Source: Eledone cirrhosa (taxonomy: Eukaryota). From it: a stretch of 64,000 nucleotides of DNA. The notes under the pieces were generated by a model, which was given only the letters and a program-made list of their open reading frames with translations, was not told where the DNA came from and did not search any database. A program made the position numbers and the translations under genes. The DNA is taken from the NCBI GenBank assembly GCA_964016885.1, contig OZ024742.1, positions 315,456,001 through 315,520,000 of the forward strand. The letters run 5' to 3'. Shown here piece after piece: positions 29,506-42,990 of this stretch; the first letter of the stretch is position 1; the number at the start of each line of letters is the position of its first letter.

Positions 29506-32500
29506 CTGAAAATAGATAAATAAATAAATAAATAGATAGATAAATGAATAAAACAAGAAAAATAAATCTTATAAATACCATATATACATTATAAACATAA
29601 ACTCATACATACATTCATACATACATATACCATGGAGGCACATGGCTTAGTGGTTAGAGCATTGGCCTTGCAATCGAAAGGTTGTGAGTTCAATTCTCAG
29701 ACCAGGTGATGTGTTGTTTCCTTGAGCAAGACACTTTATTTCACATTGCTCCAGTTTACTCAGCTGTAGAAACGAGATGATAGGGACTGGGGTCCCTATC
29801 ATTCCACTGCAAAGTGGTCGTGGAGGTGCCACGGCAAAAAAGCACCCAGTACTTGCTGTAAATGAGGTTGGTGTTAGTGCATCCAGCTATAGAAATCAAG
29901 CCAGAATCAGTTCCCGTCCCACCCTTGCAAGCAGGGAAAAAGCGGATGTAAAATGAAATGATGATAATGATGATGATACCACATATACATATAAACATAC
30001 ACTCATATATACATATATATATACCATATATTCAGATAAAGATAAACTCATATATACATATATATATATATAAACCATATATATACCATATATACAGATA
30101 AACAAAAACTCATATATACAAACAACATTCATTCCTCCATCCATGGGCCCTGAATTCCTGATGAAGTTGTAGGGGTGCCATTGTAATGTTTAGTGTGTGT
30201 GGGGCATTAAATTCTTAGGGAGATCATCTCTCTCCAGGTCTGACTAAAGCTGATTTCTTTCAGAAATATTTTTTCATGCCTAGAGTTGCTGAAGCATGGA
30301 ACAAACTACTTGCATTGCTTTCTGAAATTCGCCATCACTACACCTGATATTCCCCCTCCATACTCAAGCAACACATGTAACTGTGTATATATCATGACTC
30401 ATACACTGCTCACTTTCCTGACATCTGTACATTATTCTATGTACTATACATGCACCTTTGATGAGTTGTAGTGCACCTGAGCACTGTACATAATAATTTT
30501 CATTATTTTAAAGAGCGGTGGATTGGCAGTATCGGTAGAGGGTCGGACGCCATGCTTTGCCGCATAAAGTTACTGCCCTTGCCATTCTGAGTTCAAATCC
30601 CGCCGACGTTAAATTTGCCTTTCATCCTTACGAGGTCGATAAAATAAAGTACCAGTAATGCACTGGGTAATTTCTGGCCTTGTGCCAAAAAGTAGAAACA
30701 ATTATTTTAAAGAGAGGTGGAAAAAGAATTGACTACATTACGAAACTGGTATGTTATTTATCAACCTGGACAGGATGATAGACAAAGTTGATCTTGGAGA
30801 GATGTGATTTCAGAGCACAGAGACCTGAAACAAGTTAACAAGTTCTGCAAAGCATTGTATCCAACATTTTAATAACTCTGCCAACTTGCCACCTTATATA
30901 CAAACATATGTTCAAATATATATACATACACAGAGTCTATTTTCTAAAGTCGTTGGTGATAAGGGCATCAAGCTGTAAAAGCCATGGCAAAAACCAATAA
31001 GAAACAAATAGTTGGAAAGTAGAAGAGAGTGTTTAATCTCATCAGAAAAAACTTTTTTTTATCCCAGTGGCTTTAAAAATATACCTAATTCAGCCAATGG
31101 AAATAGAAAAAAAATATTCTCTGTGATTAAAACCCTACAAAATGCTATAGTTATTGTATTACAACCAGTTGTAACCATCATCATCGTCATCATTATCATC
31201 ACCAACATCATTTTCAATCTGTTTTTTTTTTTCATGCTAGCATGGTTTGGACAGGTTATTTATTACAGACTAAGTCATTACTCAATCAGAACTGCTGTCC
31301 TCCTAGTCTGACTGGAGGCAATACCCTGCTTTCAGTTTTTCTACAGGAGGATGCCCTTCCTAATGCCAACCAATTTATATGTGTAGTGAAACAGTTTGAA
31401 AGAAAGCTTACCTTTTTTAAAGGGAGGTCTCTGTGAGTTGTTAATAGTCTGAAAATAGCAATAATTACAATCATCATGATAGGTGTCATAGCCATTAGCC
31501 AACCTATAGCATTGGCCCAGCCAGGGTAGGTATATGTATCATATTTCAGAGGTTTATATTGGATAGCATTGAAGACCATCAAAAGCTGAAAAAAATATAG
31601 AGAAGAAATTTAGTTAAATACAATTTTAGAATTGTTTGTTTTCTGTCAAAACCTAACCCTAACTGTAATTTGTGATGATAACAAAATCACGGAATATTTT
31701 ATTAAGAAAATAGTGCTTTGTTTCAAAGCTACTACAATGTGAAATGGATCGTAAATGTTAAAAATATGATAACAATGACTTTGGTAGCTTTATAGATCCT
31801 TAAATTTCAGGATAAAATCCCTTAATCAAAATTTAATTAATAGAAGAAACTAGTTTCAGAGCTGTATACAGTTGTTAATTTGTTTTTGTAATTTTTTGTT
31901 AATATTTTTATTAATATTTTGGTCTAAGGGCAACACACATTAAAGCAATTAGAGTTACTAGAGATATCTCAGAAAAAAAATAGACATGAAACAATGTACA
32001 CTAATCAGATTAAATAAACTTTGTTGGTACTGTAAAGAATAGATATAATTGTTTCTACTTTTGGCATAAGGCCAGCAATTACCCAGTGCATTACTGGTAC
32101 TTTATTTTATCGACCCCGTAAGGATGAAAGGCAAAGTTAACCTTGGCGGGATTTGAACTCAGAATGGCAAGGGCCATAACTCTATGCGTCAAAGCATGGC
32201 GTCCGACCCTCTACCGATACTGCCAATCCACCGCCCTGTAAAGAATAGATATAATATTAACCCTTTAGCATTTAAACCAGCCATGTCCGGCCAGAATTAT
32301 CTCACGTTTTTCTGTTCAAACTGTCTTTAACTGGCCACTCATAGCGACGTTAAGATATTGTTCTCAAAATAAATTATGTCAAGATTCAATGTTATGTGGG
32401 ATAATTATGTAAGATAATGCCTTTACCATGAAGATACAATAGTAAATATAGAGTAATGTAAATGCTAAAGGGTTAAACAGTGATGATACGATTTCTATAG

Positions 32501-35500
32501 AGGCAAAGAAAAGCATACAAACCATCAATGTGGCTGGTGAGATATATTTCCAGAAGACGGTGAAATATTTATGGAAATTTCGGCTGCGTTGGCCAATCAT
32601 CAGTTCAACTTCAATGATAAACTCCTGAGCCCCTGTAAATGTAAAATCACAACCATGAGTATTGTCCTGATTGTATGATATATATTGGTGTATGTGGATG
32701 TGTTCATGTATGTGAATCTTCTATGTATACATCATCATCGTTTAACGTCCATCTTCCATGCTAGCATTGGTTTGGATGGTAATTTTCCCACTTGACGCAA
32801 GATTGGTTGTCTCGCTCGTATAGGACTGTCTGGCAGGTTTTCTACGGCTGGATGCCCTTTCTAACACCAATCACGTTTACAGTGTGGACTGGAAGGTTTT
32901 TACCGTGTTACCTACATGGCCACATGACATCGTGGACTGCGTGTTTTTTTGTCGTATGTGTGTATTCAGACTCAGGTGTACCAGGTGGCCGGGGATCTGA
33001 AAGATGACGATCCACGTCTGGTCGGGACAAAGCCAGAGGAAACTCTAGTGAAAGTCCATCATCATCATTTTACGTCCGCTTTTCCCTGCTTGCAAGGGTG
33101 GAGCGGGAACTGATTCTGGCTTGATTTCTACAGCTGGATGCCCTTCCTAACACCAACCTCATTTACACTAAGAGCTGGGTGCTTTTTTTTTTCCATGGCG
33201 CCTACATGTTCACTTTACAGTGGAATGATAGGGACCCCAGTCCTATCATATCATTTCTACAGCTGAGTAAACTGGAGCAATGTGAAATAAAGTGTCTTGC
33301 TCAAGGAAACAACACATCACCTGGTCTGAGAATTGAACTCACAACCTTTCGATTGCAAGGCCAATGCTCTAACCACTAAGCCATGTGCTTCCATCATATA
33401 TATATATACACACACACACACACCCTCACACACACATATATGAACAGGATGGGCCTTAAGTCGCGCACCAAAAGCATAAGCTGTTGTGCAAAATGTCAAC
33501 CTTTGGACTTCATCAATACATTAAACTTACAGATGATAGGATGATGAAAATGGTACATTGTTATTTCGATATAATGTTTGTTATTAATACAATACAATGT
33601 ACATGTATACTAAACTGTTTTCATTCATGCACAACTTACACCCCACCCTGTATATTGTTGGTAGGCTTGATATATAGAACAAGTAAACAAGTATTCAAAA
33701 AAAGCTCAATGCATGATGTGTAAATGATTTGAGACAAGAACACAGCAACCGAGTATAAATATTTGATTTCTTTATGAGTACTGTTCCATATGCTTGTTTC
33801 AATGTTAAACAATCTATGACTAGTGTATTTGCATACAAACGTGTGTGTGTGTGTATACAGGCATTTGGGCATGTATATATGACTGGTGCAATTGTAGAAC
33901 ACTATAAAGCTAAATCTACAGATAATTACCATGAACCCATCCAATGAGAATACATTCAATGATAGCCATTAGGAAAACAGCCCAACTGGCTGCATAAGAG
34001 TCCATCAACTGTAGAATATACATGCCACCCTAGAAGAGAAAAGAAGAAAAAATGTCTTTGTAATAAGGTTAAAGATAACATGTACAGGGGTTAATATCAG
34101 ATATTGTTATTAATGTTGAATAACCATCATTATTGGTGGTTTGGTAGTATCGGTAGAGAGTCGGACGCCATGCTTTGCAGCAAAGAGTTACGGCCCTTTA
34201 TGTTCAGAGTTCAAATCCCGCCGAGGTTAACTTTGCCTTTCATCCTTACGGGGTCGATAAAATAGTACCAGTAATACACTGGAATAATTGCTGGCCTTGT
34301 GCTAAAAGTAGAAACAATTATTATTTCTAACCAAAGGGCAGTGTATTGCCAGTATCGGTAGAGCGTCAGACAACATGCTTTGTGACATATAGTTATGTCA
34401 CTTTATGTTCTGAGTTCAAATCCCACTTTGCCTTTCATCCTTATGGGGGTCGTTAAAATAAAACACCAGTAATGCACTGGGGTCAATTTAATAAACTTTC
34501 CTCTCCCACAAAATTGTTGGCCTTGCACCTAAATCAAAAAACCATTATTTCTGATCAAATAATCTAAAGGCTTGGGAAAAAATAGACATAAAAATGGTAA
34601 TGATGATGATAATGACAGTGGTGGTCATAGTGATTGTGATGATATTAATCTAACAAAAGGTTACCTATTTCATGAGTCACAGGGATCCTTAAGAGTAGAA
34701 TGCAATTTCTACTTTCTGTAGCATTAAATAAACAAGAGACAAATCTTCCCTAATCCTCCAAAGAAAATACCTTCACCACTGCCACCACTATGCTAACCCA
34801 TTAACAATCCATTCATATCCAGTTTTTGGTCTTTAGGGTGCTGCGAGGTAGGCAACACCAGGCAATGTCTCACAGCCACTCTCCATGAATTTCTGTCCAT
34901 AGTATTGACATCGGCCAAGTTCCGTTTATACAAATCACTCTTCGCGCACTCCAACCACATCTTCCTTGGTCTGCTGTGATCTCTAGTGCCAGAGATTGCC
35001 AAGTGAGTGATTGAGTTGATGCATGACGTGGCTCGCTGTACATGTCCGTACCAACGGAGATGTTGTGTGCAAAGGACAACAGTGATCTCATCCACACCAG
35101 CTTCTGGTGGAGCACGGTCGAAGGGGCCTCATTTTTCAATTTAACACCACAGATCCACCTAACACCCCTTCCCCCCAAAAATAACCTACCTTCTACCAAA
35201 TCCCTACTGTTACATAAACAGATGATAGAATAAAGTAACCCATACAGAAATATAATCAAAGATTTGGAGCAGATTTCAACTCATTTTGCTTTAACAAAGT
35301 GTAAACCCCAAGAAAGATGGTTGGCTAACATCCATGAGCTGATTATGCTTGGGGATCCAGCCGGATCAGATGGAGACGGTTGCTTCTGACAGGACCCACT
35401 GGAAGGAGTGTTTGAAGACTTTGTCCCCACAACCCTCTTAGGAACAAGTGGGTGAAGAAAAAGAAGATGTAATAAAAGATTAAAACTTATAATTGATTTC

Positions 35501-38500
35501 TAATTTATACATAAGGCCAGCAAATTTGGGTGAAGTGCAAAATAGATTAAATCAAACTCTGTAATTACCAGGTAAATTATTTTATCGACCCCGGAAGGAT
35601 GAAAGGAAAAGTTGACCTTGGCAGGATTTGAACACTGAATGTCAAGTGCCAGAATAAATATCACAATATCACTTTATCCAAAGCTCTATTAATTCTGCCA
35701 AACCACCACCCTTAAAGCTTATAATTAAACACAAAAGCTTAAGAACAGAATAAATCCATTACTTACATCAGTACAAACTGTAAGACCAGATAAGAAACCA
35801 AGTATGCAGACTGTTAAAACAACCCATGTCTTTTTCTGCCGTAAAACTGGATACAGATCCTGTACAGCAGTCATAATAGTTTCCAAGAGAGCAAACTGAA
35901 AAACAGAGTATTAAAGAAATTAAAGAAACATTTACATATATACATATGCAAAATTGAGAATGTGTGTGCGTTTTAAAGTGCAAATGAGAAAAGGAGTGTT
36001 GAAGCCATAAAAACAATGCCAAAAGACAGAACACATGAGGAAGACTTGGTCATCTGACCAGTCTAGTCACAAAATGTGATGTCTAACCCAATGCATAGTC
36101 ATTTAGCAGTGATAGAGATGATATGCTCTCACCTACATCCCCAATTTACTTTCCATATCCAGCCTATGCCTGCATGGAAAGACAGGAATGCCCAACAATA
36201 CATTGCTAGACACCCTGATACAACTCCCTCTCTTCAAGGCCATCTCCATGACCCCAACACTTGCTCTTTGACTGTGGGATGACCTTCTTCCTTGGCAAGT
36301 AATATGTAACACCCCGCTCTTATTTTATACCTACATTCTCATCACTGCCTCCTCAGCCTTGGCCAAGGACACAACAAGCATCCTAATGATGTAACGAGGT
36401 AGTTCTGGTGCCATGATAAAATGCACTCAATCTATTCTGTAAAGTGGTAGTGCAGGTGTCTTGATAAAAAACACCTTGCCTACTCTGTTACCATAAAATG
36501 TACACAGCCTACTCTGTAAAGTGATATTGCTAGTACCATGACAAAACAGACGCAGACTACTCTGTAAAGTGATATTGCTGGTATTATGACAAAATATACC
36601 CGGACTATTTTATAATGATGTAGTACTAGTACCACAATAAAATACACCCAATCCACACTATAAGGTTGTAATGTTGATGCCTCAACAAAAAGCACCCAGT
36701 TTAATACTAAAAGAAATTGTTATGAAATTTAATTTAAAAAACATCCTTTTAAATTAATGAAATGTATTGTGACAAAACATATTTCTAAATAACATAATAA
36801 AAATCTAAGAGAAAATTACTCACTTCACTGCCCATTCCGAGAGTCAACAACATGAAGAAGAAGAGGAAAGACCATAAAGGAGATATAGGTAACCTGGTTA
36901 CAACATCAGGGTACACAATAAATGCTAGACCAGCACCTGGAAAGATTGAAAGTAGAAGTTTGAATAAATGAATAAAGAAAGATGAGATTTCTCCATTGAC
37001 ATGCATGTGTGTGTTAATATCTATGTTTACATGTCTTTGTGTGTTTAAGCATTTTAACCCTTTAGTATTTATATTACTCTGTGTTTACTATTGTATTTTC
37101 ACTGTAAAGGTTTTACTTACATAATTATCTCACATAATATCAAAGCTACAAGATTTTGATGATATTCTTTTGAGAACAATACCTTAACCCTTTAGCATTC
37201 AAACTGGCCGTATCCGGCCAGAATTCTCTCACCTCTTTCTTTTTCAAACTGACCATAACCAGCTGTTCATACTGATGTTAAGGTATGTTATTAAAATAAA
37301 TAATATCAAAATCTCATAGATTCGATATTATGTGAGATAATTAGGTGAGATAATTTATGTATATAAATCCAGCAAAAACCTATCTATTTAATCAGTCATC
37401 AGTGATTCATTGATTATATAAAAGTGAAAACACATAATATATTGCATCAGTATTTTTCTACATCCATATTGTTTAACCCTTTAGCATTTAAACCAGCTGT
37501 ATCCAGCCAGAATTCTCTCACCTCTTTCTGTTTAAACTGGCCATAACCAGCTGCTCATTCTTATGTATTGTTCTCAAAATAAATAATATCAAAATTGCAT
37601 AGATTCGATTTTATGTGAAAATATAATAGTATATATAGAGTAATGTAAATGCTAAAGGGTTTAACCCTTTTGATACTAAACTACCAGAAAAGACCTCTGG
37701 TTCTAAAATACAAAACTGTTTGCCAGAAGTCTTTATATTTATCTAAAACCATCCATCATAATTTTTTGTTAAGTTATGTTTCAAACACCAACTTAATAAT
37801 GGTAAAGTTTGTTATATTATTATACTAAATCCAAACAATTTCTTGGTTGTTTTCAAAATTATTTAATAATTAAAGGCAGTGCCTTTTACTAGGAAGCCAA
37901 CAAAAGAGTGAAATTTTTTGTTGGTTCATGGCCCTGATGGACATGATTTATGCCAACCATACCACACCCATTAGAATCCCATTCTCAAAGATACACAGTG
38001 CTTTCATCTAATACATTAGGTTTTGATAATCTCTTGACCTTTGATCACACAAAATAATACTTATGACAAAAACATGACAATCAACAGAAGTAACAATAAT
38101 AAATGAAGATATACTGACCCTGGTCAACAACTTTATTAACAGGCATATCCAGTTCATTTGCCATGTAACCAATAATGGCAAATATAACAAAACCAGCGAA
38201 AATGCTGGTACAGATGTTGCCAATTGATACAATCAATGCATCTCTGAAGGAAATAAAACAGAAAATGCCATTGTTAAATTCTGAATATTTGATACAGAGA
38301 TAAACAAGATACATTAGGTTTGTATAAGTACACATGCTTATGCACACACACATACACAAAGAAACACATGCAGGGTTGGATTAAGACCTTCAGGGGTCCA
38401 GGACACCTCATGTTTTTTTTTTCTTTTCTTTCTTTTTGGTGTGTGTGTGGGGGGGGGGGGGGGGGGTCTCTCTCATACACAGAAAGTTAGAATACACAGC

Positions 38501-41500
38501 AAACCTCCCCAATTTCACATATCAAAGTATCAAAGTTAGCTTGGAGCAAGTAATTAGAATTGAAAATGAATACTTGCTTCAAGTATTAAATTTAAAAATT
38601 TTAACTATCCTAAAATAAAAAACCCAGCTGAAAGCACATTGCTGATCGGGCCTCCACTTCAGAGGGCCTGAAACAATTGCAACCTTCCCCCCCCCCCTTA
38701 CATCTGCAACTACACACACATATACAAAACTCAAACCTATTCATAAACACAAACACATATTGAAACACACATACACAACACAAGGTAACTAATACACACC
38801 TTAGTATATAAAACCAATCAGGTTTGTATAAGCACATGTAAATACACACACACACACAATTCACTGAAATGATAACTGACACATACATATGTGCATGCAT
38901 ATATATACTAGATATACAATTATTTATGTACATGTATATGTGTGTACCTATGAAAAGTCATGAATTTGTGAAGAAAGACCAACACTTATAAATGGATATC
39001 TACAGTCATGCGTCTTCACAAAATACTTAGGTCTCACCAAGATATGAACTCGGATCACTGGATTCAAAGTTCAGAGTGTTAACCATTACACATACGGTAG
39101 TATACTTACTTATAACAGTTATTATGGAACTTGTTATAACTGGCAAGTGTTATCAGTCCACCCCAGGCTGGACTGAGTGAGAAAAATATTTGCACGGCTG
39201 CTTCTTTCCATACCTGTAATGCATAAAAAGTATATAATAGTTAAAAATGGTGTAACAGCATATTGTTTGGACTACAATACCAAAATCATTTACTTCATCC
39301 TTTCTTCTAACTTACTCCCCACAATAATACAACAATAACCCTTTAGCATTTAAACCGGCCGTATCCAGTCAGAATTCTCTCACCTTTTTCTGTTCAAACC
39401 AGCCATAACCGGCTGCTCATACTGTTGTTAAGGTATAGTTCTCAAAATGAATAATATCAAAATCTCGTACATTCTATATTATGTGAGATAAAGTGTTTAC
39501 CGTGAAAATACAATAGTAAATATAGAGTAACATAAATGCTAAAGATTTAAGGCCATTCCCTAGCTAAACCAGAGTTGGCCTCGAGGACACCATAACAAGC
39601 TTCTCTATTTTGCTCTTTACTTTAACCCCCCCCCACCTCCAAATTCAAAATAATAAGGCTCATCCCTCAGTCGTAATAAAGAATATATACATACATATAC
39701 TGTAGCCAAATGTGAATCATATATGCAAGGTTATACATTTGTGAAAATGCTAGAAATATAGGAAATGAAATTAAACTGACCTTGGCAGATTTTAATAAGT
39801 GGAACTCTGGCGTGACATAAAATATAATTCCTTCCAATGAACCAGGTAACGTCACACCACGGACAAACAAGATACAAAGTACAACATATGGGAACAATGC
39901 AGTAAAATACACCACCTGTGAAAGGAATTTAAAATAAAGATGATTTTCTTTTTTGTGTTATATGGCTATATATTCTGTATTATTTCAACAATAGAGCAAT
40001 TATTATTTTTATCAATTTGGCCCACATCATAATCATCTGTGCTGACTGGAAGACATAAAGGAAGTAAAGAAAGAAAGGATATAAAACAAAGAATTAAAAA
40101 TGATGAAGGAAAACAACAAGCATCTTAAGGATCCGATGATAAGCTTCTCCAATTTACCCTATTTTCTGCATTCTACCTCACCAAACTTCTGGCTTTCATT
40201 TCCTCATTTATCAATTTTAGCCATGTACTTCTTGGTCTTCACCTTCCTCTATTTCCTTCCACTTCACTCATCCTTCCTCAACACATGACCTAGTCATCTC
40301 ATTCCATTTATCATATAACATACATCACTATTTTTATTCCCATTATCCTTTACAATTCATTGTTTATCTACATCTCTCTGAACAATACTCCACTCATCCA
40401 CCAAACCATTTTCATTTCCATTCTTTCCATCCTTCTCTGCTGCTCCACATTCATCACCCATACCTTGCTCCCATAAAACATTACACTTCTCACACATGCA
40501 GCATATATATTCCCCCTCAGTTCCAGTGACAATTCCCTCTTAATTAGCACATCACTCAATTCCTGAACTTTTTCCCAGTGTGTATCACTCTAGTCACCAA
40601 TGCCAAGGTCCAAGTCACCTTCGTGTCTCCTAGGTACAAAACATTTTCTAAGAAAGAAAAATATATAAAAAAGACAGCAAGAAAAGTAGGAAGAAAAAGA
40701 AGAATTATATACACAGGGTGTTTAAAAAAAAAATTGGATATTATTTCAGGTGTAAATATCCCAGAAACTACCAAGTTTTAGTCAATGAGACTAAGCCAGC
40801 TTAATGTTGAGCAACATAAGATTTATTCCTCAAATTTTGTCAACATTATGACACTAATTCACAATATATATATAGTGGTAGTTTCTGGGGTATTTACATC
40901 TCAAATTATATCTAATTTTTTAAAACATTCTGTATATAAATAAAATGCAACACAAAAATAGTGAACCCAACTTACTTTTCCAGTTGATTTCACTCCTTTA
41001 CTGAGAGATAAAAATGTCAAAGTCCACGCACCGAAAAGAGACAGGACAACTCGCCATCTGATATCACCTAAGTGTTCAATACCAGAAGATATGTTTAAGA
41101 CATGGCGCCTGCAATTGCAATGTTAAGCATTAATAGTAAACATTCTCTATGTATATATGTATGTGGGTTGAATGGGTATGCATATGGAGTTTTTTAAACA
41201 GCAGAGAAATAAATAAAGTTAAACAGTGAGAGACAGAAGTATCTTGATTACATAGATTTTATTTATAGTACACCATATCTCTGCATGTCATCAAAGGCAA
41301 TTAAAAGGGTTGGCACCAGGAAGGGCATATAGATAAAAACATTGTCCCAAAAAGGACCTCATGATGAGTATGACATCTATCATGGGGCCTACAAAGCTAA
41401 CCTCTGCTTTATCAAGAAAAATGATCCTAAAACACTTCATGTTGTATAGTTCAATGAATAGCATGCACCCAACAAATCTTAATACACTACAAAACCCCAT

Positions 41501-42956
41501 AATCCTGTAACCCTCTCAAATGGAAACTCAAATTAGATGACAAATTGGCAGAGTTATTAGAGCAAAAGACAGAATGCCTTATGAATATCTGTCTGGCTCT
41601 TTGTTTATTCTTTTCACTGAGCAGTACTGAATGAAGGGGCAGTGCCCATGGTCTTCACATGCCCGCTAAGACAAGATAAATCAATCACATTGATGTTCTG
41701 TTTAAATTGTTACAGGGTTTCACATTTGAGGAAGACATGAGTAGGAATGAAGTTCCAGAAGGCCAAGGTTCTGAGAAGGAAGGACTGGGTATAGTGGTTA
41801 GTGCAGGGCTTACAGCTGGGAGACATGACATGGGTAATGGAAGGAGGAAAAGTGACTAAATTGGGAGAGCCTTATTAATGGCATAACTTCAGCAAGCCCT
41901 AAAGAGCAAAAACCATTGTAGTAACAATAGAAGGAGCAGGGGAAGGAGTCAATACATTTGAAGAGCGGAAGCTGGAGAATGTTTGGAATTTATGCCTGAA
42001 AACCTTGGTAAGTTGGTGTGAATGTGATTGGAGGAAAGAGCTGAAAAAGGAAAGAATTGAAAAAGGAATTTGTTAGAACTTGCTATACTTACTCGAAAAA
42101 GTCTTGCGCTGGAACGTGTCGTATAGATACATTTTTGGCGAGTTCTACTATGTTTTCTGATGCAGCGTACGTTGCATTATAGCATGTTTGATTGTAAAAT
42201 ACACTGCCATTAATTTTGGTACAAGCGTCTGCGTCTTTGTAAGAATAGCAGTCTGAGACAGAGAGAGATAGAGAAAATAATAATAACAGTAATGATTTCT
42301 GATTTAGACACAAAGCCAACAAGTTGGGGGAAAAGGAAAGTCGATTAAATCAACTCCAGTGCATTACTGGTACTTTATTTATCGACCCCGTAAGGATGAA
42401 AGGCAAAGCTAACCTTGGTGAGATTTGAACTCAGAACGTTAGGGCCCATCACTCTATGCCACTAAGCATACTCTACCAATTGACTAATGACAGAATGAGA
42501 GAGGACTGTCAGTGCTTCGTTCATTTTGCCATTGTCTTTTGCCCATATCTTTTATTTATTTTGTATGATTTAAGCCACCTAGGACTTTTTTTTTTTTTTT
42601 ATTTATATACAGTTTACCCTCGACATTCGCAGTTCCAGTTATTCGTGGGATTTTCCTTAGAACCTAACTAATAATTGTTTGTGGAATTCACTGTATATTC
42701 GCAGAATCATAAATATCTACTGCAATATTTTTATGGCTTTCTTCGTGACAATATACATTTTTTAATGCTAAATTATTAATAACAATTTACCATATTTGCC
42801 GGCCTATTGCACGCACCTTTTTTTAAATTTTTTTTTTATTTTTATTATATTTTGACATTTATAGGCATTTTTGTGGACCACATCAAATATTCGCAGTTTT
42901 GTACTCTTAGCAAGTACTCTAGGAATGTAACCTCTACAAATACCGGGGGACAAGTG

Positions 42957-42990
<34 letters not shown>

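Noticed and set aside
29640-29712. tRNA gene (also similar heads at about 14710, 26775 and 39030-39095)
   Set aside because: A/B boxes belong to SINE heads; no proper acceptor stem and the SINE body follows directly
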